A stretch of 55,029 bases of DNA from a virus (taxonomy: Duplodnaviria; Caudoviricetes). The stretch is from positions 1 through 55,029 of the IMG/VR virus record IMGVR_UViG_3300020470_002235; one strand, written 5' to 3'. The translations under genes were made by a program, and so were the position numbers. Shown here in pieces: positions 43,116 through 51,970 of the stretch; the first letter of the stretch is position 1; each line of letters opens with the position of its first letter. A model generated the notes under the pieces. It ran no database searches. It was not told where the DNA came from and worked only from the letters and a program-made list of their open reading frames with translations.

Positions 43116-44997
43116 GTGTTTTTTTCAATTTTCTCAATTCTTTATCAATTAAAGGTGCATATATCTTAACTGGGATTGATTTTCCCTTAACATTTATCTC
43201 ATCAAGATACTGCCATTCACAATCAACCTGTTTCTTTGTGAACTCTGAAAATATGATTGGAGTGTCATAATCTCTTGTTTGGACTTCTAATCTAGCTGCA
43301 AGGTTAACTGCATCTCCAACAACTGAATAATCGAATCGTGCTTCACTTCCCATGTTTCCAACAATACATGGGCCTGTGTTAATTCCTGTACCGATAACCA
43401 CTGGTGGTAAATCTAATCCTTCGTCTTTGATTTCCTGATTCATTTTTTCTGTTAACAATTCTATTTCTATTGCAGAATCTAAAGCTCTTTGTGCGTGGTC
43501 GGGACAATCTAAAGGAGCACCCCACCATGCCATCAAACAGTCGCCCATATACTTGTCAATGGTTCCACCATTTTTGAGTACTATTTTTGACATACCGTCT
43601 AGGAATCTATTGATTAATAACACTAGACCTTCAGGGTCGTCATTCTTCATATAAGCTTCTGATATTGGAGTGAACCCAACTATATCTGCAAAAAGGTATG
43701 AAAGTTCCCTTCTATCTCCACCTAATTTCAATAATTCAGGGTGTTTTTGGAGTTCTTCAATCATGTCAGGCGATAAATATTTTTGGAACTGCTTCTTTAT
43801 TTGTTGCTTTTCTTTGAAGGTAACATAGTATTTGTTAAAAGATGCATGACCGAAAACAATCAAGGAGGCCATAGATGAAAAGAAGGTATCGAAGAGAACG
43901 AGACTTGAAGACCAAATATAGAAACTCCCACCCACCTGAAGTCCTACGAGTATTAGAGAAAATGTCCCCGAAAGAGCTGTGGGAAGCTTATAAACCATTA
44001 CCAACACTGTTAAGAGAACTATCAGAAGAAGAACAGATTCTACAAATTCAAGAAAGTAGGATTGCTTTATTTGAGTTCCTGTCAAAGCGGTCTGTATCAG
44101 ATTCGCTTGAACTTCGTGAGGATACATTGTACCCATTGGGGTTGAAACTGGATTGTTCAATCCTTCAGCAGTTACCCCGAACACAAGAATAGAGTTTTCA
44201 GGTAATTCGTCCGTGAAGGAATAACGTTTGAATTTATTCCAGTAACTTATCATTAAATCACCTTGAGGTGTCGTGGAAATTGGTGGTTGTCTTCCGACTC
44301 TAACCCACTCAACACCAACCTCTTCAGTGACTTTCATTTGATAAGACTTTTCGTCATTAAAAGCACGTAACACTTCAACAGCAAGTGAGGGATATATTTG
44401 TCCGTTTGCTTGCATTAAAAGTGGTGCAGAACGTATAGTTCCATCGAAATTTGGTGTTCCTGATATACTAGGAGTTGCAGTAGTTACCCCTACACCATAG
44501 GTGTTTCCCTCTAGTATAGGAATGGGACTGAGGACACCTGGCGTCCCCCATACTGCGTTTTTAGCGTTTCCTGACCCCAAAGTACTAGTTCCGACAAATG
44601 GACTAGACCCTTTTTCGGTCTGAATCGTGGGTGCTGAGGCTAAAATACTCAATCTATTGACCAAAGCAGTCGCAAATTCCTCGTCTCCACCGAATCTATC
44701 GACCTCTGAGAACACTTGCGTGAACACATAAGTGTTAGACCAGTGTGATTCTAGTAGTTTATCTGCGTATATTTTGCGTGGAAATGGTAATTGACCGTAT
44801 TGTTCTACTGACTTTTCGTCAATATCGACTAAAACTATTTCGGGAAGTCCTGATTCGGAATCGTACTCTTGAACACTATGTGTACTATGTAAGTAATCAA
44901 ACCACGACCAAGATATGTTTTCTATGAAATATGGGTTCCAAATCTTAAGTGTAAAGAGTAACCCAATGGTTACTAATACTGTTTTCCAAGAGTACAT
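43111..44997 (-). CDS. CHASE2-domain membrane adenylate cyclase (class III)
   Basis: IVLVDIDEKS, PFPR, DGTIR and TPMG in CHASE2; three TMs; FADIVGFT, IDKYMGD, GINTG, DYSVVGDAVNLAARLE. Confidence 0.93.
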   Translation of the reverse strand: MYSWKTVLVTIGLLFTLKIWNPYFIENISWSWFDYLHSTHSVQEYDSESGLPEIVLVDIDEKSVEQYGQLPFPRKIYADKLLESHWSNTYVFTQVFSEVDRFGGDEEFATALVNRLSILASAPTIQTEKGSSPFVGTSTLGSGNAKNAVWGTPGVLSPIPILEGNTYGVGVTTATPSISGTPNFDGTIRSAPLLMQANGQIYPSLAVEVLRAFNDEKSYQMKVTEEVGVEWVRVGRQPPISTTPQGDLMISYWNKFKRYSFTDELPENSILVFGVTAEGLNNPVSTPMGTMYPHEVQANLIQTALTGTQIKQSYFLEFVESVLLLIVLLTVLVMVYKLPTALSGTFSLILVGLQVGGSFYIWSSSLVLFDTFFSSMASLIVFGHASFNKYYVTFKEKQQIKKQFQKYLSPDMIEELQKHPELLKLGGDRRELSYLFADIVGFTPISEAYMKNDDPEGLVLLINRFLDGMSKIVLKNGGTIDKYMGDCLMAWWGAPLDCPDHAQRALDSAIEIELLTEKMNQEIKDEGLDLPPVVIGTGINTGPCIVGNMGSEARFDYSVVGDAVNLAARLEVQTRDYDTPIIFSEFTKKQVDCEWQYLDEINVKGKSIPVKIYAPLIDKELRKLKKTP

Positions 44998-45152
44998 TAT
45001 TCAATAGTTGGCCACGCAAAGAAAAATATGTATAAACATACTCCTATCAATGCAAGTGCTAGTAATCCTGAAGTTACCGATGACCAAAACTTTTTCTTTT
45101 CGGACTTACGGTAATCTTGGATAAACTCTTCTATCCTCTCTTTACTACTCAT
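44997..45152 (-). CDS. 51-aa single-TM protein (start revised to MSSKE)
   Basis: ATGA and TAATG overlaps with both neighbours. Confidence 0.65.
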   Translation of the reverse strand: MSSKERIEEFIQDYRKSEKKKFWSSVTSGLLALALIGVCLYIFFFAWPTIE

Positions 45153-45409
45153 GAAAATTTCTTCTGTATTTTTTTGTACATATAGTATATAGAGAGTCCA
45201 TAAAATGCTAATACAGACATTGAGATTCCAATATATACTAATTCTGCAGGTGTTAGGAATAGAACATTCCAAACAAAGTTTGCGGCTGCTTCACCGTCAC
45301 CTAGTGTTTCTGGCATTACAAGTTGATTATCTTCAAAGATTTCTAAGAGTTCATCATATTCGTCTTCAGTGAGACATTCATAAAACTCTTTAGGACATTC
45401 TACTTCCAT
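45149..45409 (-). CDS. small membrane protein with acidic N-terminus
   Basis: ECPKEFYECL and C-terminal TM. Confidence 0.65.
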   Translation of the reverse strand: MEVECPKEFYECLTEDEYDELLEIFEDNQLVMPETLGDGEAAANFVWNVLFLTPAELVYIGISMSVLAFYGLSIYYMYKKIQKKFS

Positions 45410-45468
45410 GACACTACCCATGTTAAAACCTTCTCAAGGAATCTTATTGCTTTGGATTTTAGAGACAT
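45400..45468 (-). CDS. 22-aa amphipathic micropeptide (MSLKSKAIRFLEKVLTWVVSWK)
   Basis: TAATG overlap with the curlin-like gene; bridges the gap to the next ORF. Confidence 0.4.
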   Translation of the reverse strand: MSLKSKAIRFLEKVLTWVVSWK

Positions 45469-46133
45469 TAGTCTGATTGAGATACGTTTACAGTGCAACC
45501 ACCCGAAGTGTAACAATTCTGAGTAAGTGTATACTGTTTGTTCGTACTTCCGTCCTGAGATAAATTTAAAGTTGTAGGTTGAGTCCCTTGAAGTCTAATT
45601 TGGGAATTATGATTTCCTGAACCTGTTTGTGATATATCGGTGTCTGACCCAGTTGCACTTCCATAAAAGTAAGTGTGATTATAGTGTGAACCACTTCCCG
45701 ACTGTAAGATTTCATGTTCTACAGAACTAGAATGAATGTCTAGGTTATGTGTGTGGTCTCCATTTTGTTCTACATCAACTGTATTACTATTACCCCATAT
45801 GTGTCTACCATATGTTGCACCACCAGTTTGTGATACTGTTTCAGTATTGTTTGTACCGTCAACGTCACCACCCCAAGATTTTCCTGAACCCCAATATGAT
45901 ACCCAAGAAATTAAATTTCCATTACCTTCTTGCGTAAGGGTAAAGTCATTACCACTATGTGCAAAAGAGAAGTCTATCTTGTTATCATACCCAGTTTGAG
46001 TAATATCTATATCAACACTTCCTGATGCAACTTGGTCAATATGAACGTGGTTGTCTCCACCAAATGCTTTATATGATAATCCTAAACAAAGGATTACCAC
46101 CACACCTGTTAATAATTTAGCTCCTAAATCCAT
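45468..46133 (-). CDS. secreted curlin-repeat protein (CsgA/CsgB-like), His-rich
   Basis: signal peptide; repeated I/L-x-Q-x-G-x-x-N/H units; terminal C-x4-C; start revised to MDLGAK. Confidence 0.75.
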   Translation of the reverse strand: MDLGAKLLTGVVVILCLGLSYKAFGGDNHVHIDQVASGSVDIDITQTGYDNKIDFSFAHSGNDFTLTQEGNGNLISWVSYWGSGKSWGGDVDGTNNTETVSQTGGATYGRHIWGNSNTVDVEQNGDHTHNLDIHSSSVEHEILQSGSGSHYNHTYFYGSATGSDTDISQTGSGNHNSQIRLQGTQPTTLNLSQDGSTNKQYTLTQNCYTSGGCTVNVSQSD

Positions 46134-46134
46134 A

Positions 46135-46287
46135 CTAACCACACAACCATACAAATAATAGAGTAAGGATTACTCCTTCCCCAAATGAAATCCACATCAT
46201 CCAATAGTCGTCCAGTTTCATTGCATCTTGAAATCCGAAGATTTGTCTTTCATGCCATGTTCTGAATTTACTTAATTTATCTAACAT
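46135..46287 (-). CDS. 50-aa membrane protein
   Basis: AGGAG RBS; MLDKLSKFRTWHERQI...WISFGEGVILTLLFVWLCG; not in the ORF track. Confidence 0.7.
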   Translation of the reverse strand: MLDKLSKFRTWHERQIFGFQDAMKLDDYWMMWISFGEGVILTLLFVWLCG

Positions 46288-46295
46288 AACTACTC

Positions 46296-47429
46296 CTAGT
46301 TTGTTTGGGTAATTGTTATATTTATAGACGTACCATCCCCTACCTTAATAAATGATTCTTTTTCGTCTGTTACAGTTCTAATACTTGCTTGTGCAAACAT
46401 GGGAATCCTGATTGAAATAATTCCATTCACTTCCCTATAGAACCATATTTGTCCTAGACCCTTATCTATAATTGTATTATATTGAGAGTCTTTGTCGAAA
46501 CCTGCAACTGTTCCTTCTAATCGAACACTTCCATATTTTGCACGTTCTACATCTATACCAACTTTTCTATCAATATCCAAAACCACGTCAAGTAAATCTT
46601 GTAAAAAGTCAATGTCGAGTAAATCTCTATCTAGCTCTGTATATTCCAGCTCATCATCTTCAAAGTAGTCCGTTTCTAAATCATTGAACTCTAAGAAGTC
46701 TACATCAAGAATATTATTCGCATCATTTTCTCCACCACCTGATTCTTCTGCGACTTGGTCACTAACCTCTTCAGGTGGACTGACAATGAACATATTATCA
46801 ATCATATTAACGTTTACACCATTAACCGTTACAGGTTTTGTTGGTGAATCATCAAAGGTTGATACCATAGTTGCTTGGTATGCCTCATCAAGTGTAACAC
46901 TTCCACCAGCATTTGACACTACAATGACTCCTGAAGGTGAACCCCATTTGTCTGGCAAAAGTAGGACAAGTGAGCGTCCTAATTCGTCAATACTTGTAGT
47001 GAAATCCGTGCCTCTCACTGCGATTGTAGCAGTGGGTGTTCTAATATCAATATTCGCTTTCTTAATTTGGCCACCAAATCCCGAAGCAAATCGAGCGGTG
47101 CCTTGTGCCATTCTTAATGACATTTTTGAGAGTGATGGGTCAGGGTCATAATAGACCTCATCAATCCAAACTTTAGAATGTTCAGTTAGTGAAAGTTCTT
47201 CCGAACCTGAAAACTGAATTTTCATTCGTCCGTTTTGTGTTTGTGCAGTGTCATACATTAAAACATCAGGTTTTTCTGATGCTAAGATTACGGTGTTATC
47301 ACCGTCTCTTGTAAGACCTGCGTAACCTTTTTCCTCTATGATTTCACCAATCGAGTCAGCGTTAACCGACCCGACTAGTAAAATACTAAGAATCGTTATC
47401 GTCTTTTTGAACGATGTCAATATTTCCAT
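46296..47429 (-). CDS. periplasmic FecR-domain protein
   Basis: signal peptide, D-x3-T, GTARFASG, IRTPTATIAVRGTDF, acidic linker. Confidence 0.85.
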   Translation of the reverse strand: MEILTSFKKTITILSILLVGSVNADSIGEIIEEKGYAGLTRDGDNTVILASEKPDVLMYDTAQTQNGRMKIQFSGSEELSLTEHSKVWIDEVYYDPDPSLSKMSLRMAQGTARFASGFGGQIKKANIDIRTPTATIAVRGTDFTTSIDELGRSLVLLLPDKWGSPSGVIVVSNAGGSVTLDEAYQATMVSTFDDSPTKPVTVNGVNVNMIDNMFIVSPPEEVSDQVAEESGGGENDANNILDVDFLEFNDLETDYFEDDELEYTELDRDLLDIDFLQDLLDVVLDIDRKVGIDVERAKYGSVRLEGTVAGFDKDSQYNTIIDKGLGQIWFYREVNGIISIRIPMFAQASIRTVTDEKESFIKVGDGTSINITITQTN

Positions 47430-48117
47430 TAGAAGTCACGAAGGTTACGTCAATAATACCACTACAAGATTGACCATTTGGACAACCTGTATCTGAACCT
47501 GATTTCTGAATGATGTCTATATCATTACTAGAACCAGTTAAGATTGCAGTAATACTATTATCGGTTGCATCTGATTGATTAGTGTTAACGTCATTTGAAG
47601 AACCAGTAATAGTCCAGTTCCAAACAGCATTATCTGAATCAACAACAGTTGTAAATATATTACTAGAACCACTAACTACTAAATCGTAGTTTAAATATTC
47701 TGCAGTTGCATTTGCACCAATATCAATATTCCATGTGTTAGAATCACCAGTAACGGCACTTAACATATTAATGTTATCAGCACTATTTTGACCAATGTTC
47801 CAGTCCATGACATTTGAATTTCCAGTAAATGTAAGGTTAAGAGTCGCTGAGTCAGCAATCATAGGCCCGTATAGTTTGTTACTGTCTCCAAATTGGACAA
47901 GTGTAAACGTGTTACTTGCACCAGTCAAAACCATATCAGCAGATGTTCCTGAGAAATCATCTAAACCAACTTTGTTTCCATAACCTTTCTGCGTGAAATT
48001 CAATACAAGTCCTGTACCTGTTTGATTCAACCATATTTCGTTATCGTCTGCCCCTGCGAATACTGTGGCAGGTAGTAGACCTAATGTTAACATAATGAGT
48101 AATAGTTTATTCTTCAT
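47386..48117 (-). CDS. secreted curlin-like beta-solenoid repeat protein
   Basis: signal peptide; about 8 (T/Q)-G-x-x-N repeats; terminal C-x5-C; start revised to MKNKLL. Confidence 0.75.
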   Translation of the reverse strand: MKNKLLLIMLTLGLLPATVFAGADDNEIWLNQTGTGLVLNFTQKGYGNKVGLDDFSGTSADMVLTGASNTFTLVQFGDSNKLYGPMIADSATLNLTFTGNSNVMDWNIGQNSADNINMLSAVTGDSNTWNIDIGANATAEYLNYDLVVSGSSNIFTTVVDSDNAVWNWTITGSSNDVNTNQSDATDNSITAILTGSSNDIDIIQKSGSDTGCPNGQSCSGIIDVTFVTSNGNIDIVQKDDNDS

Positions 48118-49039
48118 TTGTTTTTCCCTCTGTAACGAGAACAAGTTCATTTTCGTCTAAAAAGTCTGACACTTCCTCTTTTATTTTAGATTCGGTTATC
48201 GGCCAATTTATCTTCCAAAATCCTCTCTCATCACCTTGATAGATTAATTCGAGAACAGCAAGTTCAATCGCAGACCGAGTTGCTTTCGTAACTCCTTCGT
48301 TGGTTGCTACACCGTCCTCTATTTCCACTAATTTCGTATCCATGTCTACGAAACGGAATACATCGTACCCACCACCAGTCGATAAAATTGTCTTAGTGGT
48401 TTGTACATTAAGTAAAATTTCACCAGTAAGTGTTGATATTCCTCTCAAACTTACCGTGACCACATCTCTTCGGTATTGATTCGAAGCGCCAATCCCTAAG
48501 TATCTTGCGCCTCGGCCTCCCGATTCAATGTTAGTATCATAACCAACAATCCCACCGTCAAGTAGGACTCCTGCAAACAAGAGTGGTTGGATACCCGTAG
48601 GTGAATCCTCATTACCCTCTTGATTCGCAAAATCTTCTCTCGCAGAACGAACAATTTGCCTTTCTCTTACAAGTGCATCTAAGTTCGTACGTTCTACTAC
48701 TCTAAACCATTTTCCATTACCTGCAGTTTTAAGTGCATCGATAAGAAACGATTCACCACCTTGTGTTACTGCAGTTGAGAAAGATGCAATTCCGTCTTTG
48801 CTCTTACGTTGTCCCGTTTTATCTAGGAAACCGTAAACTGCAACAATAGGCATTGTTTCTGCAGGTGGTAATTCTAATAATTCTAAATGTGTAGGAAGTT
48901 TAACTGCTTCTGCATCTTCAATACAGGTTCCAATCTTGTCCATGATTGTAGTACTACAAGTGTCATTTACACTTGGAACACTTGCACACCCAGTCGTGAG
49001 CAAGACCATTAATAGTCCTACAAATCCTACACTTTTCAT
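48107..49039 (-). CDS. csgG: curli secretion lipoprotein CsgG
   Basis: lipobox TTGC, VAVYGFLDKTGQRK, STAVTQG, WFRVVER, LVRERQIVR, GGIVGYDTN, GARYLGIG. Confidence 0.95.
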   Translation of the reverse strand: MKSVGFVGLLMVLLTTGCASVPSVNDTCSTTIMDKIGTCIEDAEAVKLPTHLELLELPPAETMPIVAVYGFLDKTGQRKSKDGIASFSTAVTQGGESFLIDALKTAGNGKWFRVVERTNLDALVRERQIVRSAREDFANQEGNEDSPTGIQPLLFAGVLLDGGIVGYDTNIESGGRGARYLGIGASNQYRRDVVTVSLRGISTLTGEILLNVQTTKTILSTGGGYDVFRFVDMDTKLVEIEDGVATNEGVTKATRSAIELAVLELIYQGDERGFWKINWPITESKIKEEVSDFLDENELVLVTEGKTNEE

Positions 49040-49040
49040 T

Positions 49041-49538
49041 TTAAAAACTACCAGTACCTACAGGTATGTCTAATGTTGTTGTGGTTCCATCTGAAGAAAC
49101 AATAGTCAATCTTATGAACTCTACTCCATCTTCTCCTACTAGTTTCTCATATGTAACCGTATTTCCTTCAATAGTGAACATTCCGAATGAAGCTGCTTCT
49201 CCATTACTGAACATATTCTCTACTAATTGTTTCGCTATTTGAGCATAAATTCTACTCTCAACATTTCTTAAAAATTTTGCGAGCGTAGTGTTATCCGCTT
49301 CTCTTTCTGCTTTTGCAATAGCGTCTTTTATATCTTGTTCAATTTTATCACGTCTTGATTTTTCTTGATTTTCAATCGTGAGATAATGTGAACTTTGTCC
49401 AACTCCACTGAAGCTTGGACTCTTAAATTTATGCACAATTTCATCTGCTTCGATTGACGAAGCAAAAAATGTAAGTAGTATTGCATAACCTACTACTAAT
49501 AATTCTTTATCTTTTCTTAGTTTCATCTTTTTTAGCAC
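49041..49538 (-). CDS. csgF: curli assembly protein CsgF
   Basis: signal peptide then EIVHKFKSPSFSG; ESRIYAQIAKQL; directly upstream of csgG. Confidence 0.85.
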   Translation of the reverse strand: MLKKMKLRKDKELLVVGYAILLTFFASSIEADEIVHKFKSPSFSGVGQSSHYLTIENQEKSRRDKIEQDIKDAIAKAEREADNTTLAKFLRNVESRIYAQIAKQLVENMFSNGEAASFGMFTIEGNTVTYEKLVGEDGVEFIRLTIVSSDGTTTTLDIPVGTGSF

Positions 49539-49782
49539 TCTTCTTCTTATCGTTTTCTTTCATTTCTAGGACTACGTCTACCTTCTGCTGTAAACGAATT
49601 AAATCTTGGTCTAACATTCTCACTTGGTCGATAAGTTTTATCAGTGCGAAATGTTGTTTTTCTACTTCAGGTTCTAGGATTTCTCCAACAAACCACCAAA
49701 CATAGTAAACAAAATAACCAAGTCCTACCATCATAACGATAGGAAACCCGTAATCTCCGATAAGTTGTGCCACATTTTCCAT
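49507..49782 (-). CDS. small TM plus coiled-coil protein
   Basis: LIGDYGFPI followed by a TM. Confidence 0.75.
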   Translation of the reverse strand: MENVAQLIGDYGFPIVMMVGLGYFVYYVWWFVGEILEPEVEKQHFALIKLIDQVRMLDQDLIRLQQKVDVVLEMKENDKKKSAKKDETKKR

Positions 49783-49785
49783 AAA

Positions 49786-50082
49786 TTAATCCCTTCTTAC
49801 ATCTATACTTCCATCTTCTATGAAATTCTCTGCACGAGCAACTCTTTCAATGTCGGGTCTAAGTTCTAATGCTTTAGACACCAACAAATCTATTTTAATC
49901 ATTTCATTAGACATTGTTCTTGCACGAGTTTCTAAGGAAGTACAGAACATTGTAAGTGTTTTAATGTCATCAACAACTCCCTCTAGAATCTGTTTGATAA
50001 CAGTAAATATGAAAAACCCCATTACAAGACTTCCTGCAATAGGAGCTCCCACTTCACTTATCAATTCGAATACACTTTCCAT
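49786..50082 (-). CDS. small TM plus coiled-coil protein, paralog of the next gene (start revised to MESVF)
   Basis: LISEVGAPI followed by a TM; ATG 5 nt after TAAATA. Confidence 0.75.
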   Translation of the reverse strand: MESVFELISEVGAPIAGSLVMGFFIFTVIKQILEGVVDDIKTLTMFCTSLETRARTMSNEMIKIDLLVSKALELRPDIERVARAENFIEDGSIDVRRD

Positions 50083-50116
50083 ACCACTATTTAGGGAAGC
50101 GACTCTTTCATTTGAC

Positions 50117-50142
50117 AAAAAAAAGGGGTCTAAAAGACCCCT
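50117..50142 (-). terminator. intrinsic terminator
   Basis: AGGGGTCT-TTT-AGACCCC followed by 8 T. Confidence 0.85.
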
Positions 50143-50166
50143 CTTAAGGTTGTTTCATCAAATCAA

Positions 50167-50463
50167 TTATTTGTGTGATGCAATAGCTTTGACTACTTCC
50201 GCTTTAGAACCACTTCGTTTTACTTTGATGTTGTTCTTATCTGCGTGTTCCAGTAATTGAACTTTAGTGAGTTTTTTCAACTCTGCGACACTAGGTGCCG
50301 ATTTCTTCTTCCTGTTTCTAGCGCCAGGGCCTGGGCCCATCTGTCTGCGACTTTGAACTTTTGAAGGTTTTGTTTTCTTTACTGGTGGTTTTGGGTCACT
50401 TTTACTATTTAAAAAAGTGTACAAAACTGCCAAACCTACTAATGCAATTATAATATATTCCAT
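50167..50463 (-). CDS. membrane-anchored basic protein with C-terminal Rho_N/HeH-like motif
   Basis: N-terminal TM; LKKLTKVQLLEHA...KAEVVKAI. Confidence 0.65.
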   Translation of the reverse strand: MEYIIIALVGLAVLYTFLNSKSDPKPPVKKTKPSKVQSRRQMGPGPGARNRKKKSAPSVAELKKLTKVQLLEHADKNNIKVKRSGSKAEVVKAIASHK

Positions 50464-50495
50464 AATTTTCTCCGTATTTCTAGGTTATAAACTAT

Positions 50496-50669
50496 TTAGT
50501 CCTTTGCTTTACCGACATTCAAAGCTACCCAGTCTAAAAGTTTATACGCTTTTTTGACCAGTCCATCATCTACTGGTGTTGGTGTAAGAGCTGCAACTAA
50601 CGATGCTCCCATTACTAGCCAAGGAATCACCTGTACCCATGCTATAACCCACTGTAAAAATTCTAACAT
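50496..50669 (-). CDS. 57-aa membrane protein, holin-like
   Basis: AGGAG RBS; ASLVAALTPTPVDD...ALNVGKAK; not in the ORF track. Confidence 0.7.
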   Translation of the reverse strand: MLEFLQWVIAWVQVIPWLVMGASLVAALTPTPVDDGLVKKAYKLLDWVALNVGKAKD

Positions 50670-50707
50670 AAAAATTTCTCCTGTTAAAGTTATACTTACA
50701 GGTATAT

Positions 50708-51130
50708 TTAGGTTTTATTGGTGCCGATTGTGTATTTAGTTGTTAATTTCCAGTCGTTTTTATCTTTGAATGGAATGATTTTGATTTGAGATAAAGGTGC
50801 AACTGGGTCTTGTATTTTACTCTTATCGACTACAGAAAGTAGTTTCCATTGTTCAAGAAGTCCAATGATAGTATTTCTACGACCATAATCACCTTCGTCT
50901 ATTGAGGTTGGCTTGCCGTCTAGTTTGAATAGTTCTTTGAAGTGTACAATATAGTACCTTCCACGTTTATGAAGGATATGACAAGATTGAAAAAGTTCGT
51001 TATCTTTACGGGACGCTACACCAATTCTAGATAGTGTCTCTCTTATCTTAAGGAAGTCATCTTTTTCAGGGAAGGTTATCTCGACCAGTTCCGATACTAA
51101 AGATTCATTGTCAATCATTGTTCTTACCAC
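50708..51130 (-). CDS. regA: translational repressor RegA
   Basis: DFLKIRETLSRIG, QSCHILHK, YIVHFKE, RRNTI; follows gp62. Confidence 0.96.
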   Translation of the reverse strand: MVRTMIDNESLVSELVEITFPEKDDFLKIRETLSRIGVASRKDNELFQSCHILHKRGRYYIVHFKELFKLDGKPTSIDEGDYGRRNTIIGLLEQWKLLSVVDKSKIQDPVAPLSQIKIIPFKDKNDWKLTTKYTIGTNKT

Positions 51131-51503
51131 CAGTTTTCATTCTGTTTTTCAATTCACGATACTGCTTATCACTTAACACTTCCATATACTCTTTTGCTTT
51201 TAGTGTTGATATTTGATAATAATTTTTTATAGTATCGAGTTTTTTACTAACATAAGGTTTTTCCCATTTGGAAAACCTTTGTCTTTTTCTAAGAGTATTT
51301 AGTAAAAAGACGTATTGAAGACGGTTATCAAGGTGATGCCGATTATTCAATTCGTTAACAAAGAAAACAGAATCTTGGTGGTAAGACAAAGATTTGTTTA
51401 TAAGAAATGGTTGATATGCTTTCTCTTCGACCTCATCAACCATGAGGTCTTTTTTGTCATAAGAGACTGACTTAACAAAGTCAAAAGGATTACGTTTAGA
51501 CAT
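51111..51503 (-). CDS. gp62: clamp loader small subunit
   Basis: YQPFLINKSLS, LRKRQRFSKW; position between gp44 and regA. Confidence 0.9.
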   Translation of the reverse strand: MSKRNPFDFVKSVSYDKKDLMVDEVEEKAYQPFLINKSLSYHQDSVFFVNELNNRHHLDNRLQYVFLLNTLRKRQRFSKWEKPYVSKKLDTIKNYYQISTLKAKEYMEVLSDKQYRELKNRMKTGGKNND

Positions 51504-51775
51504 TAGTGTTGTTGACTTCTAATATAGGCACGAACTAGTTCATCTCCTGTAAGTACTTCTCCGAATGTATGAATGTGTTTTCCTCTTCTAGTTCTAACAA
51601 TAATACCACTGTTGTATTGTGTATCAGTTACAGTACCCTTCATAGTATCGTGGGGTCTATCATCATACCACATAGAATTTTCAGAATGAATGTGGATAGA
51701 TTTTATACCTTTTGCCCATTCTTCAGCTTCTAGTACCTCTCGTTGATACTGTACTCTTTCGTCATATTGTGTCAT
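51503..51775 (-). CDS. hypothetical protein
   Basis: 90-aa ORF, TAATG-coupled to gp62. Confidence 0.7.
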   Translation of the reverse strand: MTQYDERVQYQREVLEAEEWAKGIKSIHIHSENSMWYDDRPHDTMKGTVTDTQYNSGIIVRTRRGKHIHTFGEVLTGDELVRAYIRSQQH

Positions 51776-51970
51776 GAGTCTTCCCTACTAAAGAAACTCC
51801 AAAAGATTACCCATATTGTTCTGAGTATTGGAAGTCTATGTATATTCATTTTTTCCCCACTGGATTCATAAGTTGAAGAATTGCGATTCGTTGTTTCTCG
51901 ATTTCTGTTTGTTGGTCTTTAATTCTCTTCTCTTGGAATTTTAACCTACTCTTTTGTTGTTCTTCTTGTG

